DNA of 64,000 nt from a virus (Duplodnaviria; Caudoviricetes): positions 11,808 to 75,807 of IMG/VR virus record IMGVR_UViG_3300044518_000037; one strand, given 5' to 3'. Shown in pieces: positions 16,473-24,997 of the stretch; positions within the stretch are counted from its first letter, which is position 1, and the number at the start of each line of letters is the position of its first letter. The notes beneath the pieces were generated by a model. It saw nothing but the letters and a program-made list of their open reading frames with translations. It did not search any database and was not told the DNA's origin. A program made the translations under genes and the position numbers.

Positions 16473-16954
16473 GCCTGCTGCTCCTGGTCGTCGTCGGTGA
16501 GGCGGTGGTCAGAGATGCGCATGAGCTGTTGGCGCTCGATCTCCTCGGTGAGTTCGCTCCAGGGGCGCGGGGCGCCGGCGTGGTCGGGACGCCACTCGGG
16601 CCGCGTGTAGAGGGCGTGGGTGTGCAGGAGGGTGTTCCAGCCGTCCGCGATTTCGGCTGCCGCGCAGGTGGGGTCGGGCTCGATCAGGAGGCTGACGCGC
16701 CAGCTGCGGATGCGTCGGAGGGCGTCGAGGCGGCCTTCTGGGCCGGGGATGGGTGCGTGGAGGTAGGCGAGGTGGCCGGTGAGGTTGCGCAGGCGCATCC
16801 AGGGGGCCATCTGCTCCTCGGTCCATTCGTGACTGAGGAGGTAGAGCCGGGAGTTGGGCGCGAGGGCCTGGTAGAGGGCGAATCCGGTCTCGTAGTGGGC
16901 CTCGCTGCCCGCCATGCGCAGGACGCCTTCGAGGACCATCACGACTGTCAGCAC
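16469..16954 (-). CDS. Degenerate HAD-superfamily protein
   Basis: VVMVLEGVL (DxDGxL-like, nucleophile Asp absent), LYLLS, LLIEPDP; stop overlaps the TGT-like start. Confidence 0.65.
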   Translation of the reverse strand: MLTVVMVLEGVLRMAGSEAHYETGFALYQALAPNSRLYLLSHEWTEEQMAPWMRLRNLTGHLAYLHAPIPGPEGRLDALRRIRSWRVSLLIEPDPTCAAAEIADGWNTLLHTHALYTRPEWRPDHAGAPRPWSELTEEIERQQLMRISDHRLTDDDQEQQA

Positions 16955-17033
16955 GACGCCTCCAGCGGGTTTGGGGCGGTACGCGAAGGCCCCTCCCGGG
17001 CCGTTGAGTTGGCGGGAGGGGCCTGCGGGATGG

Positions 17034-17330
17034 TCACTTCGGCAGGTGGAGCTGGCTGCGGATGGCCTGGTCGGTGGCCTGGTTGCGGGCGGCCATGGCC
17101 ATCTGCATCTGCTGCTGGACCACGAGCTGGGCGGCCATGGCGGCGACCTTGCTGGCCTCGATGTCGGATGCGACCTCAGCGGCCCCGTGCTTCATCTCGC
17201 CGATGGTGGCGCGGTGTTCGACTTCGAGAGGAAGTTCGTGGAAGGGCGTGGCCTCCCATTCGAAATTCTCGTTCTGAAGGACCAGGAAGGCCGTGCGGAC
17301 CTTGCGGGGTTCGGACGTCACGTCACTCAC
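17034..17330 (-). CDS. Hypothetical protein, 98 aa, Q/M/A-rich C-terminus
   Basis: GTG start after AGGAGG, overlapping the upstream stop. Confidence 0.7.
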   Translation of the reverse strand: MSDVTSEPRKVRTAFLVLQNENFEWEATPFHELPLEVEHRATIGEMKHGAAEVASDIEASKVAAMAAQLVVQQQMQMAMAARNQATDQAIRSQLHLPK

Positions 17331-17571
17331 TGGGCGCCTCCTGCTGGTGGTGGTCCGCGATCCGGGCGATGATGCTGCGCGCGGAGGAAGTCTCGGCGAT
17401 GGCGTTCCGCAGGTTCCCGAGCATGTATCGGGGAAGGCCGCGACGCTCGGTGAGCTGTTCGAGAAGATCTTCCAGAGTGCTGTGGACGCGGCCGAGATAG
17501 GTAAGCGCGGCCTTCCGGACGTAAATGTCCTCAGGTAGCCGCAGGTCGGGTTCAGCCCCCTGTGTTGCCAT
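17323..17571 (-). CDS. Hypothetical helical protein, 82 aa
   Basis: ATG at 17571 within ORF 17323-17961; GGAGG RBS. Confidence 0.65.
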   Translation of the reverse strand: MATQGAEPDLRLPEDIYVRKAALTYLGRVHSTLEDLLEQLTERRGLPRYMLGNLRNAIAETSSARSIIARIADHHQQEAPSE

Positions 17572-18016
17572 GAATGGCCTCCGATTCTTGTTCCCGCCGA
17601 GCTCGCCGGCGCTCCCGATCGCGTTGGCGAATGCAGGCGATGCACTCGCGAGAGTTATGGTGCCAGCGGGTATTTTCCGGCGTGTATTCATGACCGTGGG
17701 GACAGTGCGTCTTCGCTGCGTTCTTTGCCGTGAACCCCTCGCCGCGCATGGTGTTCTCGCTGTGCTCGACAGCTTCCAAATGGTCCGGATTGCAGCAGCG
17801 CCGGATACGGCATAGATGGTCGACGTGCCAACCTGGGGGCACAGAGCGTTGGTTGGCGGTCTCCCAGGAGACGATGTGGGCACCCTTGACTTGACCGTTC
17901 GGCATGCGGAATTTCCCGTAGCCATCGGAATCAGTGGCGCCCCGCCACAGGTGGCAGTCATCGAACTCCGAACCGATGTCTACCTTCGCCTTGAACCGGA
18001 GATGCCACTCTCTCAC
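17552..18016 (-). CDS. HNH endonuclease (HNH_3 type) with a C-terminal CxxGH...CxxC zinc domain
   Basis: CHLWRG...GYG...AH...VDHLC...CCNPDHLEAV..SEN; THCPHGH...ECIAC. Confidence 0.9.
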   Translation of the reverse strand: MREWHLRFKAKVDIGSEFDDCHLWRGATDSDGYGKFRMPNGQVKGAHIVSWETANQRSVPPGWHVDHLCRIRRCCNPDHLEAVEHSENTMRGEGFTAKNAAKTHCPHGHEYTPENTRWHHNSRECIACIRQRDRERRRARREQESEAIHGNTGG

Positions 18017-18519
18017 TCGTAAAGGCCCAGCTTCGACCGGACCTGCTGCTCCGCCACGCTGCGAATGGGGCAGTAGTCACACAGATACCTTTGCGCGCCG
18101 GGGTTGGCCTTGTCCCATTTGGCGAGGCCCTCGGACTTTCGATCGCGGGCGGTGGGCGGGACGAGGAGCTTCTTGTCGCTGTGGAAATCGCTGCACGTTG
18201 CGGGGCGCTGGCGGGAGCGCCAGCACTGCATGGCGTCCTCCTTGAGCATGTCCACGGCGTGGTAGACCCAGGGCTCCATTCCTGTGTGCCCCTCGCGCTG
18301 CCAGATCTGCTTGAGGATTTCCTTCTGGGCATCCGGGTTGTTCCAGGCGCCGGCGTCGACAGGACCGTAAAGGCGACCCAGGTGCCGCTCACCGTTGGGA
18401 TACTGGTGACGCGAGACGGCGTATTCCAGAACGGTGTCGTTGCGGGGGTCGCCCTCGTACGGCGGCAGGGTTTCGGTCGACTCGCAGTCGCGGCATATCA
18501 GGATGCGGACGGTGGCCAA
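18013..18519 (-). CDS. Cys-rich phage protein, 168 aa
   Basis: CRDC, C...C, CDYC; translationally coupled to the HNH gene. Confidence 0.8.
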   Translation of the reverse strand: MATVRILICRDCESTETLPPYEGDPRNDTVLEYAVSRHQYPNGERHLGRLYGPVDAGAWNNPDAQKEILKQIWQREGHTGMEPWVYHAVDMLKEDAMQCWRSRQRPATCSDFHSDKKLLVPPTARDRKSEGLAKWDKANPGAQRYLCDYCPIRSVAEQQVRSKLGLYE

Positions 18520-18535
18520 AGCTACCCCTTGTTTC

Positions 18536-18943
18536 TCAGTACCAGTGGTGCGCCTGCCAGAAGCTCCAAGCAGCGCATGGTGTGCCGTACCGAGAATGGG
18601 TGTAGGAAATTCCCCGCCGAATTTGCGTTACTGCATTCGAGTGCCAGTCTGCGCCGGCAGAGGACATCTTCGAGCCGGGCAGCGCCTGGGGGATTCCATA
18701 GGCGCCGGAGGATGGGTTGGCGGCCGTCGGGTCCCAGCCGGATTCGTGCTCCCACAGGGCGTCGAGATAGGAGAACTGGGTGTCGCCGACCTGGCTGCGG
18801 GCGTAGGCGCGGAGGTCGCCTTGAGGTGCCGGGTGCACGGTCGGCGCCGGGGTCTGAACCGGCGGGGGTGCCTGGTTGCGGACGTCGGTAACTCTGAGGC
18901 GAGCGTGGCTGGTTGGTCGATTGGCGGGAATCGGGCCCAACAC
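18536..18943 (-). CDS. Lytic transglycosylase (SLT/aggregation-promoting-factor type), possibly N-truncated
   Basis: LWEHESGWDPTAANPSSGAYGIPQALPGSKM...TQI..G..Y...RYGTPC.AW. Confidence 0.85.
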   Translation of the reverse strand: MLGPIPANRPTSHARLRVTDVRNQAPPPVQTPAPTVHPAPQGDLRAYARSQVGDTQFSYLDALWEHESGWDPTAANPSSGAYGIPQALPGSKMSSAGADWHSNAVTQIRRGISYTHSRYGTPCAAWSFWQAHHWY

Positions 18944-18970
18944 CTGACTGAACTACTACGCTCAGGTGTC

Positions 18971-19542
18971 ATGCCTAACACGCACCGTTACAACGAGGGC
19001 ACCTTGCCGGCCGGCGTGCTCGTCCATAACTCCGCAGAGCTGCCGGACGGTCTGCCATTCACTGCGCACGCCATGGCGGTTGAGATGCCGGGCTTGAGTT
19101 CGTTGCCCGCGCTGCTGCTCATCCCCCAGTTCACGGCGACAATGACGGACAGCGTCGGCGACACGTACAGCCCGCTGCCGTACATGCTGGACGCCGAGGG
19201 CTTCGACCACATCGAGAACGGCGCCCCCATCCCGATGAAGACTCGGGGGGAGTCAGCAGACAAGCAAGGTTGGGCACTGCGCCGGCGCGGGGACCGTGTG
19301 GAGGTTTCGCGCCGCCACAAGAGCCTCTTCCGGGGGCCGCTCGCCACAAGAGCCTCTTCCGGGGGCCGCTCGCCACCGTCCCGGCGGAAGATGTGGACGG
19401 GGAGCTGTGGCGCCGCGCCGTCGCACAAGCGGATTGGACAGTAGTGCTCGTTCCGGAGACCGACCCGGGGCAGATGCTGCCGGAGCTGGTGGCGACGTCC
19501 GTCACCGGCTCATGGGCCCTGTTGCGGGCCAGGAACTTCTGA
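18971..19542 (+). pseudogene. 180-aa hypothetical gene frameshifted by a 29-bp tandem duplication
   Basis: Removing one copy of the 19313-19341/19342-19370 repeat gives one open frame of 543 nt from ATG 18971 to TGA 19542. Confidence 0.8.
19313..19376 (+). repeat. Perfect 29-bp tandem repeat CGCCACAAGAGCCTCTTCCGGGGGCCGCT x2 plus a partial third copy (CGCCAC)
   Basis: Directly visible. Confidence 0.95.
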
Positions 19543-19622
19543 TCAGCGCCCCGAACAGCGCGGAATGAGCGCGCGGGCAACTGCCCGCACGCTTCTCCGA
19601 TCGTCTCGCTGGCGCGATGGGC

Positions 19623-20849
19623 TTAGGTCGCGGGCGTGGTGCCGGCCAGGGCCGCGCTCGCGGGGCTGGCGCCCTGGGAGTTGCCGCAGATCACGGTGAA
19701 CGAGTAGGGCTGGTTCACCGTGTACTGGAGGGTGACCTGCGGCGCGGCCCCGAGCACCCCGGTGAGGTAGGCGACACGCCTGGTGCCGTCGTAGACCGCA
19801 TACCACTCCGGTGCCCCGTTGCTGGCGGAGACTGTCGGCGCCGTGATGTTCAAGTGCACGAGGCCGGCGGCGACCGTGCCGTTGAGTGCGGGTGCGGGCG
19901 GCGCTGCTGGCGCGTTGAGGGCGGCCGGGATGGTTGCGTAGACGGGCGGCGAGAAGGCCGAGTACGCGGTGCCGTTGGCGTCCGTCTTGACGGCCCGCAC
20001 GCGCAGCCGCACCGGCACGCGCGGAACCGTGTAGTTCGGGGTGGTAGCCGTCACGGGGGTGCCGGCGGGGGGCTGGGCGACGGAGGCGATGACGCGGGTG
20101 TCGCCCAGGTAGAAGCCGGGGTTGTTCGGGTCGGGCTTGAGGGTGGTGCCGACAGTGTTGTTGTCCCAAACCTCGTAGCTGGTGGCGTCGGGGACGCGGT
20201 TCCAGCCGAGCTGGATCGCCCCGCCGGCGTTCGAGGTGATCACAGGCAGCGGGGCGGCCAGGGCGACGTTGCCGGGCGTCTTCGGGTTGGTGGTGACCTG
20301 CTGGCTGGTGGTGCTTGTGGCCGGGGTGGTGACCGAGAGAGCGGTCGACCTGTTGCCGCTGGCGACCTGGTTGGTGTCGCACGGCTCGACCACGATGGTG
20401 TAGGCGGTGTTCGGGACGATAGGGGTCCATACGGCCGGCGTGGCGCTTGACCAGTAGCCAGTGAGGACGTGGTTCAGCTTCGGGCCCCGAATGGTGAGGG
20501 AGGGGCTGGTGGCGCCGTTGATGTACAGGTTGTGCGCTCCGACGCCCATGCTGTCCAGCCCCTTGGAGCCCTTGTTGCCGGTGGTCGCCGGGATCTGGCC
20601 GATGTTCGAGTGCCAGAACAGCTGGATGCTGGTGGGAGTCAGCGAACCGCCCGGGATGAGTGTTCCGGTGGCGTTGGTGTACCACTGCGGCGTCGGCGGC
20701 ACGAACTTCTGGCCATAGCCGGCGGGGCGGTTGGCGATGCGCTGCGCGGGAGTGAGCGGCGGCGAGGTGGTCAGACCCGACGCCGAGCCGGGCTCACCCG
20801 TCAGATCGGTGTTGGTCTCAAGGTTCCACTCGTTAACGGGAGTTGACAT
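19623..20849 (-). CDS. Fibronectin type III repeat protein, probably virion-associated
   Basis: About three FN3-like units (IQLFW...YNLY...PNTAYTIVV...GNRS.ALSVTT; IQLGWNRVPDATSYEVW...LRVRAV...SAFS). Confidence 0.8.
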   Translation of the reverse strand: MSTPVNEWNLETNTDLTGEPGSASGLTTSPPLTPAQRIANRPAGYGQKFVPPTPQWYTNATGTLIPGGSLTPTSIQLFWHSNIGQIPATTGNKGSKGLDSMGVGAHNLYINGATSPSLTIRGPKLNHVLTGYWSSATPAVWTPIVPNTAYTIVVEPCDTNQVASGNRSTALSVTTPATSTTSQQVTTNPKTPGNVALAAPLPVITSNAGGAIQLGWNRVPDATSYEVWDNNTVGTTLKPDPNNPGFYLGDTRVIASVAQPPAGTPVTATTPNYTVPRVPVRLRVRAVKTDANGTAYSAFSPPVYATIPAALNAPAAPPAPALNGTVAAGLVHLNITAPTVSASNGAPEWYAVYDGTRRVAYLTGVLGAAPQVTLQYTVNQPYSFTVICGNSQGASPASAALAGTTPAT

Positions 20850-21032
20850 CTACTTCTCCTCGGTTGTCGGCGAGCTGTCAGTTGGACCAGGAGGTCGCTG
20901 AAGAAGCCAGCAGCGCCCCGGCAGACACGCGGGCTCGACCTTCCCCGGCAGGTAGGTGTCGAGCAGCCGGGTGATCACCACGCTGATCGCCGTAACGCCT
21001 AGGGAGATCAGAGCCGGGCCCAGGCCATTCAC
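20850..21032 (-). CDS. Small membrane protein, 60 aa
   Basis: N-terminal hydrophobic helix; GTG overlaps the upstream stop. Confidence 0.6.
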   Translation of the reverse strand: MNGLGPALISLGVTAISVVITRLLDTYLPGKVEPACLPGRCWLLQRPPGPTDSSPTTEEK

Positions 21033-21409
21033 AGGCCCGCTCGCTCTCTGGAGACGAACCACGCACCGTAGCCGACGATCGCGAACCCGAAATAGAGGAC
21101 GAAGGTGCCGAAGTTGAGGAGCGAACTCCCGCCATGGAGAAGCGAGAGGGCAGCGTAGGTGATGAAATACGCACCGACGATTCGGTAACCCATGCAGCTG
21201 TGGCGGGTCAGCACCGAGACGAGCGCGAGAACGGCAGCGCCGTAGCCCAGCAGGACCCAGGCCGAGAGGACGGCGTCGACACCACTGCCGGAGAACCCGA
21301 AACCCTGACGGGACTGCTGGTACAGCGAGTTGCCGAACGCGGTCACAGCCAGGCCCAGCCCGATGACGTTGGTCCGCGCCTCGTCCGAGGTAAAGGGGTG
21401 GTAGGTCAT
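21029..21409 (-). CDS. Multi-pass membrane protein (about 4 TM), holin-like candidate
   Basis: Four hydrophobic segments in 126 aa. Confidence 0.7.
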   Translation of the reverse strand: MTYHPFTSDEARTNVIGLGLAVTAFGNSLYQQSRQGFGFSGSGVDAVLSAWVLLGYGAAVLALVSVLTRHSCMGYRIVGAYFITYAALSLLHGGSSLLNFGTFVLYFGFAIVGYGAWFVSRERAGL

Positions 21410-21410
21410 G

Positions 21411-21821
21411 TCACTCCCCGTCCTCGACACCCAGCTTGGCGGCGATCTTCAGCAGCAGCTGGTGATCCGCCTGATCGACCGCCAGATCCTGGATACCAAC
21501 CTCATGGTCGTACTGCGCCAGCTCACTGTTGATCTGGTCAGCCCGCTTCGCCGCGATCAGCAGGATGAAACACTGGAGCCCCGCAATTCCGCTGAGGACC
21601 AGGTTCAGGCCGATGTACGGCGCGGGGTCGGTACCGAAACCGTCCGTGGCCATCCACACGATCATCAGGACGAAAAAGCCGAGCAGACACGACCACGTGG
21701 CCAGAGCCCGCTTCATCAGGTCCGCCGCGCGCTCCCCAAGGCTCAGGGCCGACCCGCTTCGAACCGCCGGGTGCGCATCCCACGGCTGCGCCGAGCCGCT
21801 GCGCACGTCAGTCTCCTTCAC
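21411..21821 (-). CDS. DUF1003-like membrane protein
   Basis: GERAAD...TW...DPAPYIGLNLVLS..A.LQ..ILLIAAKRAD. Confidence 0.8.
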   Translation of the reverse strand: MKETDVRSGSAQPWDAHPAVRSGSALSLGERAADLMKRALATWSCLLGFFVLMIVWMATDGFGTDPAPYIGLNLVLSGIAGLQCFILLIAAKRADQINSELAQYDHEVGIQDLAVDQADHQLLLKIAAKLGVEDGE

Positions 21822-21822
21822 G

Positions 21823-22068
21823 TCAGCTCCCGGGGTAGGCGACAGGGCCGCCGGTGTGTGTGTCGGGAGTGACGACCGGTCGGCCGAACGGGTCGACCTT
21901 GACGGCGGCTTCGTGCACCCCGAAATTGGTGTCGGACAGGTCGTCGCGCATGCGCGGGGTCGTGGACTCCACGATGCCGCCCCGGTCACGCACCGCCCGC
22001 TTGTAGGTCTGTTCGGTCAAACCGGCGTCCAACTCGGCGCGCAGGTCGCGCTGCTGGGGGTAGCTCAC
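21823..22068 (-). CDS. Small hydrophilic protein, 81 aa
   Basis: Overlapping-operon arrangement. Confidence 0.7.
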   Translation of the reverse strand: MSYPQQRDLRAELDAGLTEQTYKRAVRDRGGIVESTTPRMRDDLSDTNFGVHEAAVKVDPFGRPVVTPDTHTGGPVAYPGS

Positions 22069-22322
22069 GACGCCCCCAGCTTGCGCGGGGCCGCCATGGT
22101 CCGAGACTTCGCCTGTCCGAGAGAGGCACCGGCCCCCTGGGGGCGGCCAGCTGCGACGCCGGTCGCGAACTCTGAGCTGGTGCTCGGCCCGCTGGCCGGC
22201 GGCCCGTACGCGCCCGCCTTCCGCTGGTCCTGGAGGTTCGCCTTTGCATCAATGGCAGTGCCGACGTTGTCGCCGACGCCGTGGCCCCGACGATCGGTGG
22301 CCCGCGTCCTCTTGGGCATCAC
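22065..22322 (-). CDS. Small Gly/Ala/Arg-rich disordered protein, 85 aa
   Basis: GTGA overlaps on both sides. Confidence 0.65.
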   Translation of the reverse strand: MMPKRTRATDRRGHGVGDNVGTAIDAKANLQDQRKAGAYGPPASGPSTSSEFATGVAAGRPQGAGASLGQAKSRTMAAPRKLGAS

Positions 22323-22621
22323 ATACCCCCCAGGGTTGGAGTGCTCGTGGCGGAATAGCCGCCCTGGCGCTGGCTGTAGTCCACGCGCGAGCCCGGATAG
22401 AGGTCTTCAAGCCGGGCGATGTCGCGAATCCCTAGGACGTGCTGCCGGTAGCCGAAGCGCGGCGCGCTGCGGCCGATGTTCGGGATGGGCGGGGCGATGC
22501 GCCGGATCGAGTCCGTCGGCATGTCCAGCCAGTCCTTCAGGTAATTCGAGACCTGCTGCTCCTGGCTAGTGGACCAAGGACGCGGCGCATACACCGAGTT
22601 GGGCTGATCCAAGACGATCAC
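22319..22621 (-). CDS. Hypothetical protein, 100 aa
   Basis: GGAGG RBS, coupled starts and stops. Confidence 0.75.
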   Translation of the reverse strand: MIVLDQPNSVYAPRPWSTSQEQQVSNYLKDWLDMPTDSIRRIAPPIPNIGRSAPRFGYRQHVLGIRDIARLEDLYPGSRVDYSQRQGGYSATSTPTLGGM

Positions 22622-23172
22622 CTCCAGGCCGGCCTGAACCGGGCCAGCTGAGCCCGGCGCTGCTCGTCAACGGACGTGAACGGCGGCGTGGTCTCCTGGG
22701 TATAGACCCTCTGGGCAGTCGCGAACCGGGCCTGGGTCGCCACCATCGTCGGGCTCTTACCGTCGTTCACCAGAGGGCTGCCAACCATCGAGCCGCGCTG
22801 CGTCCACTTGCGCCCCTCGGCCTGGGCCTCCAGCGCGGCGGCAGGGTGCACCTCTTCCGTCCAGTAATAATCGGCCGGGTCGATTCGCTCACCCTTGTGC
22901 ACACCCCTCTGATACGCCTTCTGCGTAGCACGGTTGGCGATGGCGCCGAGAAGCCGGTCCTCGCGACGACTGCCGGCACCGATCGTGCCGAGATAGCCGT
23001 CCGGGTACTCGGCACTCGGGACGCGACCGGAGTCCATCATCCGCCGGGCATCCAGAATGTCCCGGGCCCCGGACAGCAGGAGGCCCCCGCCGCCGCCCGA
23101 GCGCGTGACCGCGCCCCCGACAGGGATTTGATACGGCGCGTTGTAGACGAGGTTCGCGTTGTTTCCGGCCAT
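22618..23172 (-). CDS. Hypothetical phage protein, 184 aa
   Basis: ATG at 23172 coupled to the upstream stop. Confidence 0.75.
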   Translation of the reverse strand: MAGNNANLVYNAPYQIPVGGAVTRSGGGGGLLLSGARDILDARRMMDSGRVPSAEYPDGYLGTIGAGSRREDRLLGAIANRATQKAYQRGVHKGERIDPADYYWTEEVHPAAALEAQAEGRKWTQRGSMVGSPLVNDGKSPTMVATQARFATAQRVYTQETTPPFTSVDEQRRAQLARFRPAWR

Positions 23173-23528
23173 CAGCTGCGCCCGTCGTCCTGGCCGCCCC
23201 GGAACATCTCCTGGGAGCCGAAGGCGCTCGGCATGCGCCGCAGATTCTTTCCGCCGCTCGTCGGGTCGGTGTAGGCGCGGTTCACCTGGACGCGGCCAGC
23301 CGGACCGTAACGGTCGTGGCCGAGCGGGATCTGGTGGCGGTGCGCCTGATCCTTGACGGTCGGGTCGGCGCCGCCCGAGCGCTTCCGTTCGGCGGTGTGA
23401 CCCAGCTCGGGGCGCACAACCTTGGGATGGCAGGTGCACTGACCGCCCCCGTGGGCGCCCACGGAAGGGGTCGTGCGCAGCGGGTCGGACTTGCCTCGGT
23501 TGGGCGGCGTCCAGTGGGTCACGGGCAC
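23172..23528 (-). CDS. Basic disordered protein, 118 aa
   Basis: AGGAG RBS, GTG start. Confidence 0.7.
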   Translation of the reverse strand: MPVTHWTPPNRGKSDPLRTTPSVGAHGGGQCTCHPKVVRPELGHTAERKRSGGADPTVKDQAHRHQIPLGHDRYGPAGRVQVNRAYTDPTSGGKNLRRMPSAFGSQEMFRGGQDDGRS

Positions 23529-23631
23529 TCCTAGGCCGGTCGCGGGGACTCGGGGTTGAGGAGTTGGGCCCGATTTGGTGTCCGAGGCAGAGCGCTGAGT
23601 CCATCGGGAGTGTAGGGGGAGGTTTTCCTCT

Positions 23632-23925
23632 TCAGATATTCACCTGCACGCGGATCGTGATTCCGACGAGTTCAGTGTTCTTGTCGCCGTCGCGTGGCTG
23701 TCCGTGGAAGAAGCTGATCCGCTGAATGAGGTCGATGCCGTACGAGGCGGTGAAGGATTGCGCGACGGGTATCGACTTGACCGCTTGGTTGACCGCGCCG
23801 GCGCCCACGGCCCTCAGGACGACCTGCTTGCCGTCGTAGATGGCGTGGGCGATGGCGCTTCCGAGGTCCAGCGGGGCCGTTGTCGACTTTACCCTGAATA
23901 CCTTTTCTGTTGCCTGGTCTGACAC
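23632..23925 (-). CDS. spoVS: SpoVS-like (Alba-like fold) protein
   Basis: VFRVKSTTAP.DLGSAIA.......V.LRAVGAGAVNQAVKSI..A is the SpoVS signature. Confidence 0.85.
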   Translation of the reverse strand: MSDQATEKVFRVKSTTAPLDLGSAIAHAIYDGKQVVLRAVGAGAVNQAVKSIPVAQSFTASYGIDLIQRISFFHGQPRDGDKNTELVGITIRVQVNI

Positions 23926-23975
23926 GAGTACGCTCCCTGAGTGGTTTGCGGAAAGCGTACGACCAGGAATTATCG

Positions 23976-24539
23976 CTACATATTCTGAGAATTTCTCAAG
24001 GCGTCGATGACCTCTTGTTCGTACCTCAGTGAGACGCCGTTCTCCAGTCCGTGGCCGATCCGCATGAGCCCGTAAGCGTCCGCGAGATCGTTGCTGGAAA
24101 ACTCCGCACCCCACTTCTTGTAGACACTCAGCAGCATCAGATCCTTCGGGGCCGTGCCGCTCCCGGTGACGAACTTCTTCAGCGCGGTCGGGGCGGCGAT
24201 GCGAACGCGCCCGGTGAACCCGAAAACCTCGTCCAGCGCGAGCTTGGTGACCGCGCCGAGCTCACCGAGTGCCTCCCTGTTCCACTTGCTTCCCGGCGCA
24301 TAGCCCTCCATGACGACCTGGCGGACGTCGTAGGCGTCCTCCATCTGCCGGAAGGCATCGAGCAGGGTCCGGTGGATGTGGCGCAGCCGGGCCGCGCCCT
24401 GGCTGGCGCGGGAGGGGGAGAAGTCGAAAAGCATCTCGCGGTGCGCAGGAGCGCCGGGCTTCTCGATGAACAGGATGATCGCGTAGGCGCTGTACGACTG
24501 GTCGATACCGACATAGGCCCGGTGGCTCTTGGCTCCCAT
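23976..24539 (-). CDS. ruvC: RuvC-like Holliday junction resolvase
   Basis: YVGIDQS, VVMEGY, LKKFVTGSG.A.K, NDLADA. Confidence 0.9.
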   Translation of the reverse strand: MGAKSHRAYVGIDQSYSAYAIILFIEKPGAPAHREMLFDFSPSRASQGAARLRHIHRTLLDAFRQMEDAYDVRQVVMEGYAPGSKWNREALGELGAVTKLALDEVFGFTGRVRIAAPTALKKFVTGSGTAPKDLMLLSVYKKWGAEFSSNDLADAYGLMRIGHGLENGVSLRYEQEVIDALRNSQNM

Positions 24540-24997
24540 CACACCCCCCACTTCGCGACGCGGGTCTCATGGCCATGCTGGGCGATGCGGCGGGACAGCT
24601 CCCGGGACGCCAGCTGGATCTTGATCTTGGTGTTCTCCCAGACGATGTCTATCGCCTCGGCCAGGTCGACGGCGTCGGCGACCTCGGTCTCCGCCTGCTG
24701 CACTTCGGGGTCGGCCTGCGCCACGGCTTTGCGGCCAGCAACCGTTCGCTCGGCGGAGGCTCGGACCGAGGCCAGGGCGGTGACGTATCGAAGGTGCTGC
24801 TCAGCGCTGCGCAGGTTGCGCGCCGAGCCAGCCTTGCGATGCGCGGCGTAGGTCGTCCAGGCCGTGTATGCGCCCATGAGCTGCATAAGCTGCTGGTCAG
24901 TCAGCTCGGTAATGTCCTCCGGGATGTCGGGAACCGCGTCCTCGGGCCGCTCCTCGGGGATGAAGCCCCAGCCGCTCAGGGTCTTCCAGGTGCTCAC
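24539..24997 (-). CDS. Coiled-coil protein, possibly a recombination mediator (UvsY-like)
   Basis: Long helical heptad pattern; lies between Cas4-like and RuvC genes. Confidence 0.6.
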   Translation of the reverse strand: MSTWKTLSGWGFIPEERPEDAVPDIPEDITELTDQQLMQLMGAYTAWTTYAAHRKAGSARNLRSAEQHLRYVTALASVRASAERTVAGRKAVAQADPEVQQAETEVADAVDLAEAIDIVWENTKIKIQLASRELSRRIAQHGHETRVAKWGV

